Assembly (NCBI RefSeq): GCF_009914755.1
Contig: NC_060937.1
Length of the DNA stretch: 64,000 nucleotides
Direction: 5' to 3' (one strand)
From: the human T2T-CHM13v2.0 reference genome, Homo sapiens
Positions 29,488 through 45,812 of this stretch are shown piece after piece. The translations under genes were made by a program, and so were the position numbers. The notes under the pieces were generated by a model. The model was given only the letters and a program-made list of their open reading frames with translations. It was not told where the DNA came from and did no database searches. How positions within the stretch are numbered: the stretch's first letter is position 1; every line of letters begins with the position of its first letter.

Positions 29488-31315
29488 ATTTGTACTGCAA
29501 GTATAAGTAATATCTCTTTTTCTCTCTCTTTCCCCACTTCCTTCTTTCCTTCTTTTCTCTCCTTTTTTTCCTTTCTCCTTGTCTCCCTTTTTTAGAAATT
29601 TTTCTAGATAAACATGTTACTATTATGCTAATACAAAAATAAAACTACTCAGTTGGTTATTTTATACCATTAGTCCCTCATAATTTTCCTCTCCAGATTA
29701 TAATCTCTTTTAAAATTTTTGTGTCTCATTTAGTAAGTTTCTTGGAGGAAGAACCATACTATATATGTTTCGCAGTTTTTTGCTTAGCATTCAAGTAGAT
29801 CTTAGCAAATCCTACCAGTATCAAATAATTGCCCTTCTTCTATCCCCACACCTTTAGAGTTTCAGGTCTCTACTATCCGATTCCTTGACTTCCCAACCCA
29901 GTCAAAGATACATGATTTGCTTGGAATTGTGTGTTTGGGGCATGTACACACATGCTGAAATTAATTAATTTTGCTTTGAAGATTTCCTAAGAGCCCTAGA
30001 AATAATTGCAAATGCTCTGCAGTATATCACAACCAGGACTGATAATTACTGTTTCTGTCTACAAAACTAAGGGGAGAGAGAAAAACATACTACTGAATGA
30101 GCAGAACACAGAAGCCAGTGAATGTTTCACACTTGGTGACGTGCAGTTTTTGCTGTTTTTTTGCCCTAGCAGATTGTAACCAAATTGCTCAACTTCACAG
30201 AAATAACTGTAGAGACTCAATTTCTGAATGCTCGTAATTGGCTTTTCAAAAGAACTTTATAGGGATAAATTAATTGCTACTATACTTTTAATGGTTTTAA
30301 AGTTACTTAGGCCACTTCTAGAAATATGTAAAATTGTATGATCCTAACTTAATGTTTCATTTCTCCCTCAGTTTTTATGTGATTTGATAATATAATGAAG
30401 GGAACTATAAAAATTTGATATTGTTGGGGCCTTTTTAGAAAATTGAGATACATTTTTCTTTGTATCATTGTTGCTAAAAGAGGTTAAATATTGCTACTTA
30501 TTACCTAGGAGAAAGAACAGCATTTTGTGGCAAAATAAGTAGGTTATACCGAATTTGACAGACTTCTCTCCTGACCGATTTTGGAGCACATATCTTCATG
30601 TGCCTTGTAAAACTAGAGATGCATTCAGTTTTCAATGTTCCCAGATATATTTTACCACTCTATTTTTCCCATATAGCATCTCAATAAACTGCTGTTTCAT
30701 AAAACTCCTTTGGTACTTTTCCTTGCACCTTCTTTAGTCACTTTATAGCAAGAATGTTATCCACAATATTTAACATAAATAAAATAGCACAGCACAGACC
30801 GTAGAACAATCTAGCCAGATTGCCAGTCTTGTAGTACTGATGCCCTCCCCTGCATATCACCCAAGCTTTAACCTAAAAATTAAGGCAGGAAAGCCTTCCA
30901 GATGAATCCTGTTCTGGAATCCTATCCATCTAGGAACCCTTGGGTGTGTGTTTATTGTTTGGGTTTTGTGTTGTTTTACATTTGTTTGTTCACTTGTTCA
31001 TGCTTACATCATTTCGATCCATCATGATACAGCTGTTAAGAACTTAATATCACCAGCCTTTGGAAAACCCAGTTCTATTTGATTAAATGTTATCTATGAA
31101 GGTATTAAATATTTTTTCTAGAAGGTTATCCAGGCTGAATACCACCTTTTCATTACTATTTCAACGTCTCAAGACTCAACTACTCCACAAATGTAGACCT
31201 CCATCCAGACTTCCCATCTGAGCTCCGTGCTTGAATGTCTAGTGGTCTTTTGACATCACAGTCACACTTGAGTATCTTAAGGACTATCTCAACTCATGAT
31301 CTTCTCCTTGATTGA

Positions 31316-31555
31316 AAAAGAAGAAGGAATAAAGGGAAGGAAAAAGAAAAAGGAGGGAGGGACGTAGGGAGGAAGGAAGGGAGGGAAGGAGGGAGGGAAG
31401 GAAGGAAAGGAAAGGGAGGGAAGGAAGGAAGGAAGGAAAGAAGGAAGGAAGGAAGAAAGGAAGGAAGGAACTAAGGAAAGAAGGGGAAGAAAGGAAAAGA
31501 GGAAAGGAAGGAAGGAGATAAGAAAGAAAATAGAAAAGGAAATAAGAGAAGGAAA
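31316..31555 (+). repeat. GA-rich/(GGAA)n polypurine low-complexity tract
   Basis: About 240 nt of almost pure purine sequence. Confidence 0.95.
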
Positions 31556-32351
31556 GTGTTTAAAACCAAACATGGCGGACAGAGTTTTTCCTAGCTTTAC
31601 CTGTTGATACAAGCTGCAAATCTTAGAGTCACCCTTGACCGCGTCGCTATTGTAACCTTGATACCCCATGCATGGTCTTTCAGTTTATCCTGTAAAAATC
31701 TCACCAAGCCAGATGCTTTGCTCCATTCCTATCACCTTCCTGCTGGTTCAAACCACTGTCATCTCCCAGAGCACAACTGTGTCCTCCCTACCTGGAGGAC
31801 CAGCATCCAACTCTAGAACCCTTCTGTGCATTCTCCATGCCTTTCAAACACAAAGTTCACTATCATCCCTGCCTCTCCCATGACCTTGCACATACCCAGT
31901 TCCACTCTAAAGTTTTCATTGCTCTTTGGATGAAGCCCCACATCATGACCTGCAAGGCCTTGCATGCCACAGCTGAAGCCCTTCCCTCTGCAGCCACACT
32001 TCCTCTGCAGACCCTCAGTCGTGCCATGCTTACTCTGGCTATGTGGCCTTTAGCTGTGCTGTCTCCTCACCTGAAATGATCTGCCAGCTTCCTCTGGTTA
32101 CCTAAGTCCTGATCTTCCCTCAGATCTGATCTACCATGGTCAGCCACAGGGAAGCCTTAGAAAGGCTCCCCTGACCCCCAGAGCAGGTCAGATCTTCCCA
32201 TCACAGCTGTCACGATGCCCTTGACCTCCCCTTCATGGAACTATCAGAGACAATTTTATATTTGTAGGCCTAATAATCACGTTAATGTTTATCTCTTGGA
32301 TTACACAGAGCTTCGTGAAGGCAGAGACCATTTAACTAACCACTAACCACT

Positions 32352-32906
32352 CGTGCAAAGAGTTAACACGGCAAGCCTGAGACTGCTATGCTTAGAACGG
32401 CCTGCTTGCAAGGTTGGCCTTTGGCTGGCATCTGGGAGCTTGAGTGGTAAATGGTTCCTTACACTAGTATGAGACGCTGATAGGATCAGAGGGGCTGGCC
32501 GTGCCTAAACTGTGGGTAGAAGCATGTGCTTTATGTTGAACATGCAACTTTCTTTCCGGGGGTCGGGAGTTTCGTACACGCCAAGCAGAGGAAGCCACGT
32601 GACCAGCCCCAACATTAGTCATGGAATCGGTAATGGACTTCCCTAGGCAGAATTGTTGCAAGTGTGGAGCTGCATTTCCATCGCTGAGGTGCACCCCATG
32701 TGACCCCACATGGGAGGGAGAGAGCATAAGGAATCCTGTACGTGGATTTCTGCAGACTCTGCCCATGTCTTTTTTCCTGGCTTGGCTGTGTATCCTCACC
32801 ACACCACTGTCATAAGTCCTAGCTGTGAACATGGCTATATGCCAACTCCTGTGAGTCTTCATTGCAAATACTCAAACATGGGGGTGTCTTGGGGACTCTC
32901 AACTCA
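32352..32906 (+). mobile_element. MER68-like ERVL solo LTR, nested in an L2 remnant
   Basis: Recalled MER68 5' motif gagttaacacggcaagcctgagactgctatgcttagaacggcctgcttgcaaggttggcc; 3' end ggggtgtcttggggac. Confidence 0.7.
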
Positions 32907-34773
32907 CCATGGTATCCCCAGAATCTTGCTCAGTATTTGACATTTAATGAATTGCTTAATACATAATTTTTTTTAATGAAAATGAAAATGACCTCAGAGG
33001 ACTAGGACTAAGTCTATCCTGTGGAAATTCTCAAAAGAACTAAGGAATTTTATGATTTATCAACTATATCCTAATGACCCAAATAGAGAAGGCACATCTT
33101 TCCGGAAAAGGCAGAATAAAAAATGATTCAGGAAATTTTGCCCGGTCAAAGCCCATTTGAATTGTTTTCTCATGAAGATGAATTTTCTGTATCTGAAGTG
33201 GCAGCAGGGCAGAGATGAGCCAGCAGCTCCTCTCAGGCCCTGATGTTGTTCTGCTGGCTTCACCATCTCTGCCCTCTTTACTGTGTGTTTAGATTGTTGG
33301 CCAGCCTGTCACAGAGAGTGACGCCTCAGCATCAGGGGAGCAAGAGCTTCTCAATGTTGGCTGCACATTGGAATCACCTGGGAAGCTTTAAGAACTACTG
33401 ATGCTGGGCCCCACTCCTACAGATGCTGCAAATAATCAGTCTGAGGTATGGTCCAGGCACTGGGATTTTAATTTGCAGCCTCTTCTGACACCACACTCTC
33501 CTTTCCTTCCTCCCCGACACATCCCCTTTGACAATCAGATTTCACAAGGTCCATCCTTCCACCAAAGTGAATTCTTATTTTGTAAATGCTTCTTAAAATT
33601 TCTGGTTTCTGGTTTTCGAACTCACAGCCAATTAGCAGGCACACTGATAAGAGGAAGAAATAAGACCTTTTGCCTCAACCACATGAGAAGACTGGAGCAA
33701 CTAAGACAAGCAAGTGGAACTCGAAACTATACAAATCAGGACTATGGCGGATTGGGTCACTCCTAAGGACGTGGCTGGGGTGCAGAACAGAGTTCAGGAG
33801 ATGGTTTTTAATAATGACCAGTAGTCTACACCACCAGTTGCCCACTAAGAAATACATGTGTCACTTTACATATAAGATGATGTGAATTAACTTTATTTTG
33901 ATTATTTGTTAACAGTTCATCATCAGTGATGAGGAGGTGTATGTTATTTCCTATATTGGGAAGCTCCTTCCTCCACTAAATGTAAATCTATCCATTTGCC
34001 ATTTTTTAACCGTTCTCTAGACAAGACAGCAGACCATGAGATGCAAGAGTTGTTAATTGGCAGAGCTGTGATTTATCTTTCCTTTGTAACACCCAGGGAG
34101 ATTGCTCAGGGAATGGAATCTGTGTCTAGAAGCAGTGTGAGGTAAGGCTATTCATGTCTTGAAGTCAGACAGAGGAGTTTGGCTTTGAAGGGATGGAAAT
34201 GTAGGTTCTCAAACAGAATAAAGAGCCATAAAAAGGGAGCTACAGGGTTGCCAGGTGTAGATGGGAGGCTCTTATGGAGAAGGTGGAACTGAGCTGGAAT
34301 GAATGGGATTCAGGCAGGTGCAGCCCAAGGCAAGGCCCAAGGGAAAGAAAGGAATTGACAACACCTTCCCTGTCTTCAGAATCAGAAGCAGTGAGAATTC
34401 AGCAAGGAAGTAGTCTTAGCTCTTTGGGTTTGAAGAATCTCTTTGGGATATAATTTCACTTTTTCTCTGCCTGGTGCTAGAGTCTAAAGCTGGCAGTGGA
34501 AATTCCAAGATAAGTTGTTCTTAGAACCATAAGGGCTGGCTAACAGGCCAGTGGGGACACAGCCTAGAGGGCCAGCAGCTATCTGGGGGCCCTAGGGTTG
34601 GACAGGCCCAGGCAAGGTGAGGGCAAAGTCAGGTGACTTCATTTACCCAGGTGCAAAGAAAGGCGTCAGCCTTCAAAGGCTTTCCATTGTTAACAAGCAG
34701 ACCAGAGGCAACTAATCACTGAATGGAAACTGATAATTTTGCTGCTCATTTATTTTCCCAGTTAATGCTTTTC

Positions 34774-35086
<313 letters not shown>

Positions 35087-37179
35087 CCCAGTTAATGCTT
35101 TTCAACACAACCCTTTATATTTCCGAAGAATAAAGACTTGTAAAAGAGATGGGGGAGTTATGGCTGCAGAAAACTGGCCCTTACTTTGCTCTGCTGACAG
35201 TTTTATAAGGCCAAGGAAGTTCAAAAAGTAAAAAGACTTTCTAAGCAATTCCACAGAAATTCTAAGCATTTTCAGGAAACCCATTTTTAACTTTAAAAAA
35301 ATATTAATACAAGATTAGTTGCAGTGATTTAATTAGTAAACCATGACAGATGGTTAACATGCAGCATTTTTTTTTTAATGTGAACAAAATCACCAGTTTT
35401 TTTTTCAGTTTGTTTTTTCTTATTAATCTTGGGTAAAGATTCCTTGGGTCTTCAAAGATAACTACTCAGTCTACTTTTTAAATGGATAGTTTGTCTGAAT
35501 AATTTTGTTAAAGCTTTAGTAAATGAATGTTGGGAGTGTAATTTCCAGAGTACAGGCTGAATGCAATGACCCCTAACACAGCCCAGATCTGGTCACCATG
35601 GACTGATGGCAGAGAGGATCCAGATATTTTGGTTGGATTCATGATTAGAGACTAAATCAGTATGATGCCTATGAAAAGGTCTGGTTTTTAAATATTTGCC
35701 ATGGAGCTAGAGTAGAAGGCAGGGTGACAGAGGCAGCGGTGGCTGGAGTGTAACCAGCCCATGAATCTCAGGCAGGACAGGCTTGCATGCTTCTGTATAT
35801 TTCTCTAGGAGAGAACACTGGGCTTCAAGGCTAGTCTGTTCTGTCTTCAGGCTCTAGGAATCTTCTTGTCAAACCCCTTCATTGGAAAAATGGGGCCTAG
35901 AAAGATTAGATGACTTTCCCAAGTGATAAGCTAAGAAAATACCCCGAATGCTTTAAATCCACCTTGAGGCTTCAATGTCTATGTGCTCTATAAAGTGAAT
36001 CCCATATTGTTTTTCTTTAAAAGATTTTCAGAAATAGCTGCCTTTTACCCTTTACTCACACTAAAGTTTTGAAATACTAATGTTTCTGATTTGAAGATGG
36101 AGGTGGGAAGTTCATCCTCTATCCCCACCTCCCACCCCCAATCTCTTCTTTGAAATCATCCAAAGCAAAAGGAAAATAAGAAATGGAAACCAAAAAATCA
36201 ATTTTCAGCAAAACTAGGAGGTATTTTAAACTATGAACAACAAATAGATGGAAGGACTGCAAAAAGCAGGGGAGCTTCCAGGAGAAAGAGGAAGGAAGAG
36301 TTCATGGCTGTGGAAATGAGACTGAGTCAGCAAAAATACATTTGTAAACAGAGAGGGCAGAGGTGAGGAATAAAGTCTAAGTCACATGTTTATGACAGAA
36401 GGAACCAGTATACACACCAGAACAGCAAGAACTCTCCAAGACCCAATTTAGTTGTGAAATGAAGAGGTGATGGAGTTAAAAAAAAAAAAATCACACATCC
36501 ACATCACATTTGCAGGAACTATCTATCTCAGTGGCAGAGGGAAAGAAGAGAGACGTTGCTTTTTAAAAATCCCCATAGCTACCTGTCTTTATTGATCAGG
36601 GAGAAATAGAACTAAAACTTGCATGCAAAACCCTGGTTTATAAAGAAAATTCCTACTAGGCTGGGATGAGGCCCTGTAAATATTTGGCCCAAGGAAAACT
36701 CTTGTGCCTCAAAGATGAGAAACCAAAAAGAACAAACCCAAGTTATTTCAAAGATATGAAACATAAAACAAGAAAAAAAAAAGACCAGAAAAAGTAAATG
36801 GCAGATAAAGTGTTGCCAAAGAGCAGATAAAAATAGTAAAAAGCATTTTACTACAAACATAAAATACTTAAACAATTACCTCTATGAAGTTTGGGCACAA
36901 AGTAGAGAGGGAAGAATCATGGAAGTCACAGAAAGACAAGTGATGTTGTTTGAGCTGGCGCACTACAGGGTAGGCATGGGGGAAAATGTAAACCATCAAA
37001 GAAACAAAGATGTGTTTGAAGGAAGATAGACAATAATAATAGCACAAGAGCTCAGAGGTTAAAAATAAGAAAACCAAGCAAAATGAAATTGATTTGGGTA
37101 CAGGAAAGGTTTATTAAACAGGACAAAAAGGTGAGCAAAATACTGATTTTTTAAAACCTGGTGATTGTAGAGTTCAAAA

Positions 37180-38000
37180 AAACAAGCTTACTTGTAAATA
37201 TTAATGCAAAAATATTAAATAAAATATTACCAAATAGACTCAAACAATTCATTAAAAGAATAATACAATGTGACAAATTGGGGTTTATTCATAATATAAA
37301 GATGGTTCAATATTAAGAAGTCTTACCATATTAGTTATCTAAGAAAGAAATAAGGTATTATTAATCTCCTTAGATACTTAAAAGATACTTGGTAGCACTT
37401 CTTCTTGTCGCCATGTGAAGAAGGATGTGTTTGCTTCCCCTTCCATCATGATTGTAAGTTTCCTGAGGCCTCCCTAGCCCTGTGGAACTGTGAGTCAATT
37501 AAACCCCTTCCTATATTAAAAAAAAAAAAAGATACCTAGTAAAATTCAACTGCCATTATTGATCTCAAAATAATTCAGTGAAATAGGAATAGATGTGTAC
37601 TTCCCTAATTTATACAAAATAAAAGTCAACATTATGTTTAGTGGAGAAATATCAGTAGTGTTACCATTAAAGTCAGGAGTATGATAAGAATGTTTTAAAC
37701 AAATAAGAGAGAGAAAATAGACATATACAAATTGAAAAGAAGTAAAATTATCATTACTTGCAGATCTTATATTTGCATAACCCAAGAGAATCATCTGAAA
37801 AAGATTATAAAAATTATAATTCAGTAAGGTAGCTTAATGTAAAATCAATATATAAATATCAAAAGCTTTTATACATTTAAGCAACTGCCGGATAGATGTC
37901 ATGGAAGAAAAGACCCTTTTACACTTTCAAGAACATCAAAAAAGCTAAAATAACCAGAAATAAATCTAAGAAATATTCCATATGTATATCAGGAAACTTT
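37180..38000 (+). mobile_element. Ancient L1M ORF2 remnant
   Basis: Degenerate L1 ORF2 text (atgcaaaaatattaaataaaatattacc..., gatggttcaatatta, aagaagtaaaattatca). Confidence 0.7.
37395..37526 (+). mobile_element. THE1-type (MaLR) LTR fragment with A-tail and TSD, inserted in L1M
   Basis: THE1C/D-like text gccatgtgaagaaggatgtgtttgcttcccc...gaactgtgagtcaattaaac, then an A-run. TSD aaaagatacttggta / aaaagatacctagta. Confidence 0.85.
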
Positions 38001-39919
38001 AATCCTGAAAGACAACAAAGCACAGAGAAGGAATTAGAGGGGCTTCTCGCTTAGACCAGGTGACCAGGCAATGTGGCATTAGGAAGGCATATTGACTTCA
38101 TCAATAAGATTTAGGACTTCTACTTATTCTGTAAGAACGCTTACAGACTTCATCTGTAGAGGGAATTTTCTCTTAGTTAACATTTATTGCAGAGTTACAT
38201 GTGCAAAGCACTATATGCTTTGCCAGTGCCATGTCACTCATCATTGTAACAACTTTTTGAAGTAGGCACTATGATAGTTTCCCTCCCACAGAAAGGACTT
38301 CCAGGGTCCAAAGGCAAGAAATGGTTTGCACGAGCCAAGGAGCTGCAGAATCAGGCTGAAAAGCCATCACACTATTCTTTGGAAAACTCAGAAAAGAATG
38401 AAGAAGATAAATAAAGTCACCCATAATTCTTGTTCCTAAATATGACCACTCTTAATATTTTAATCTAAATCAGCAGCTTTCTACCATTTCTCCAACCCGG
38501 TCCATCTGAGTTCTGTGACTCTTTTTTCCTTAGGAACTGGGGCTCACTCTGAAATGATTTTTCATAGGGGTATGAAGGTGTCATCTGAAAAGTTCCACCT
38601 GTTTTTCATGTGGTCTGTCCATTGTGCTGTTTTAGTGTCCTTCTAATAAATGACATGGTTTTTCAAAGTTCACGTTGTCCATGATCAGGTGCGAAGAAGT
38701 TTGATTTGTATTTATTATTAATGGAAAGCCTTCCCATACTGTTGCAAACCTACTGATTTACCTGTACCCTCTCTGGCCAGCCACTTGCTTTACTTTTCTT
38801 AAGATGCTGAGGTATTATGGTGATAGGCATACATAGTCACCTGTATTGTCACAGTGCATATGTCACCTGAGAAGTGAGCTAATATTAAAATACACACACA
38901 CATAAACACACATACATGCACATACATATACATTTTTTTCTTTTTTGAAGAGCTGGGTCAAAATCAATTTTGATTTTGCCAATCACAAACATTTTTTAAA
39001 AAGTCATAATCACGGGGGAGGAGCCAAGATGGCCGAATAGGAACAGCTCCGGTCTACAGCTCCCAGCGTGAGCGACGCGGAAGACAGTGATTTTTGCATT
39101 TCCATCTGAGGTACCGGGTTTATCTCACTAGGGAGTGCCAGACAGTGGGCGCAGGTCAGTGGGTGCGCGCACCGTGTGTGAGCCGAAGCAGGGCGAGGCA
39201 TTGCCTCACTCGGGAAGCGCAAGGGGTCAGGGAGTTCCCTTTCCGAGTCAAAGAAAGGGGTGACGGACGGCACCTGGAAAATCGGGTCACTCCCACCTGA
39301 ATACTGTGCTTTTCCGACGGGCTTAAAAAACGGTGCACCACCAGATTATATCCCGCACCTGGCTCATAGGGTCCTACGCCCACAGAGTCTCACTGATTGG
39401 TAGCACAGCAGTCTGAGATCAAACTGCAAGGTGGCAGCGAGGCTGGGGGACGGGCGCCCGCCATTGCCCAGGCTTGCTTAGGTAAACAAAGCAGCCTGGA
39501 AGCTCGAACTGGGTGGAGCCCACCACAGCTCAAGGAGGCCTGCCTGCCTCTGTAGGCTCCACCTCTGGGGGCAGGGCACAGACAAACAAAAAGGCAGCAG
39601 TAACCTCTGCAGACTTAAATGTCCCTGTCTGACAGCTTTGAAGAGAGCAGTGTTTCTCCCAGCACGCAGCTGGAGATCTGAGAACGGGCAGACTGCCTCC
39701 TCAAGTGGGTCCCTGACCCCTGACCCCCGAGCAGCCTAACTGGGAGGCACCCCCCAGCAGGGGCACACTGACACCTCACACTGCAGGGTATTCCAACAGA
39801 CTTGCAGCTGAGGGTCCTGTCCGTTAGAAGGAAAACTAACAAACAGAAAGGACATCCACACCAAAAACCCATCTGTACATCACCATCATCAAAGACCAAA
39901 AGTAGATAAAACCACAAAG

Positions 39920-40938
39920 ATGGGGAAAAAAACAGAACAGAAAAACTGGAAACTCTAAAAAGCAGAGCGCCTCTCCTCCTCCAAAGGAACGCAGTTCCTC
40001 ACCAGCAACGGAACAAAGCTGGATGGAGAATGACTTTGACGAGCTGAGAGAAGAAGGCTTCAGACGATCAAATTACTCTGAGCTACGGGAGGACATTCAA
40101 ACCAAAGGCAAAGAAGTTGAAAACTTTGAAAAAAATTTAGAAGAATGTATAACTAGAATAACCAATACAGAGAAGTGCTTAAAGGAGCTGATGGAGCTGA
40201 AAACCAAGGCTCGAGAACTACGTGAAGAATGCAGAAGCCTCAGGAGCCGATGCAATCAACTGGAAGAAAGGGTATCAGTGATGGAAGATGAAATGAATGA
40301 AATGAAGCAAGAAGGGAAGTTTAGAGAAAAAAGAATAAAAAGAAATGAGCAAAGCCTCCAAGAAATATGGGACTATGTGAAAAGACCAAATCTACGTCTC
40401 ATTGGTGTACCTGAAAGTGATGGGGAGAATGGAACCAAGTTGGAAAACACTCTGCAGGATATTATCCAGGAGAACTTCCCCAATCTAGCAAGGCAGGCCA
40501 ACACTCAGATTCAGGAAATACAGAGAACGCCACAAAGATACTCCTCGAGAAGAGCAACTCCAAGACACATATTTGTCAGATTCACCAAAGTTGAAATGAA
40601 GGAAAAAAATGTTAAGGGCAGCCAGAGAGAAAGGTTGGGTTACCCACAAAGGGAAGCCCATCAGACTAACAGCAGATCTCTCAGCAGAAACCCTACAAGC
40701 CAGAAGAGAGTGGGGGCCAATATTCAACATTCTTAAAGAAAAGAATTTTCAACCCAGAATTGCATATCCAGCCAAACTAAGCTTCATAAGCGAAGGAGAA
40801 GTAAAATACTTTACAGACAAGCAAATGCTGAGAGATTTTGTCACCACCAGGCCTGCCCTAAAAGAGCTCCTGAAGGAAGCACTAAACATGGAAAGGAACA
40901 ACCGGTACCAGCCACTGCAAAATCATGCCAAAATGTAA
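39920..40938 (+). pseudogene. L1 ORF1 (disrupted)
   Basis: ATG at 39920. +1 A insertions near 39930 and near 40605 split it into track ORFs 40023-40736 and 40609-40938. Confidence 0.93.
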
Positions 40939-41001
40939 AGACCATCAAGACTAGGAAGAAACTGCATCAACTAACGAGCAAAATAACCAGCTAACATCAT
41001 A

Positions 41002-44821
<3,820 letters not shown>

Positions 44822-45491
44822 ACAATGAGATCACATGGACACAGGAAGGGGAATATCACACTCTGGGGACTGTTGTGGGGTGGGAGGAGGGGGGAGGGAT
44901 AGCATCGGGAGATATACCTAATGCTAGATGACGAGTTAGTGGGTGCAGTGCACCAGCATGGCACATGTATACATATGTAACCTGCACAATGTGCACATGT
45001 ACCCTAGAACTTAAAGTATAATAAAAAAAAGTCATAATCACAAGATTATTTTAATCAGAGAAAATTATTAAAATTTTATTTCCTAAAATAAGTTGATGGC
45101 CAAAAGCTTTTGAATGGCTTTCTAAATGATTTTCTCTACTTGGGAAGTTAAACTGACTAATGATTGTGTGTCTGTTTCTGATGTTCATTAATCACAGGTA
45201 AATTAGTAGACACCTCAGGTTCTGTTTAATTAATAAATCATCTCTGCAATTGTGCATCTTGAACTTCAAAATAGCACTTGTTGAATCTGGGGAAGCATTC
45301 AAGATTCCTCTGTAAATGAATCTTACTTTTTGTTTAATGCTTAATTTAAAATACTTTTTGATATGTAAAAAACTTGTCATGAAGATGTTAACCAAATTTA
45401 TTTGTGGAAAGCTATTATGTGAAAATAATTGATTATGGACATTAACCAATTGAATGACATCAGCTATGACATGTATTTTGAGGGCCGTTGA

Positions 45492-45812
<321 letters not shown>

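Noticed and set aside
31289-31669. 126-aa hydrophobic ORF resembling a membrane protein
   Set aside because: It is the reverse translation of the GA-rich low-complexity tract.
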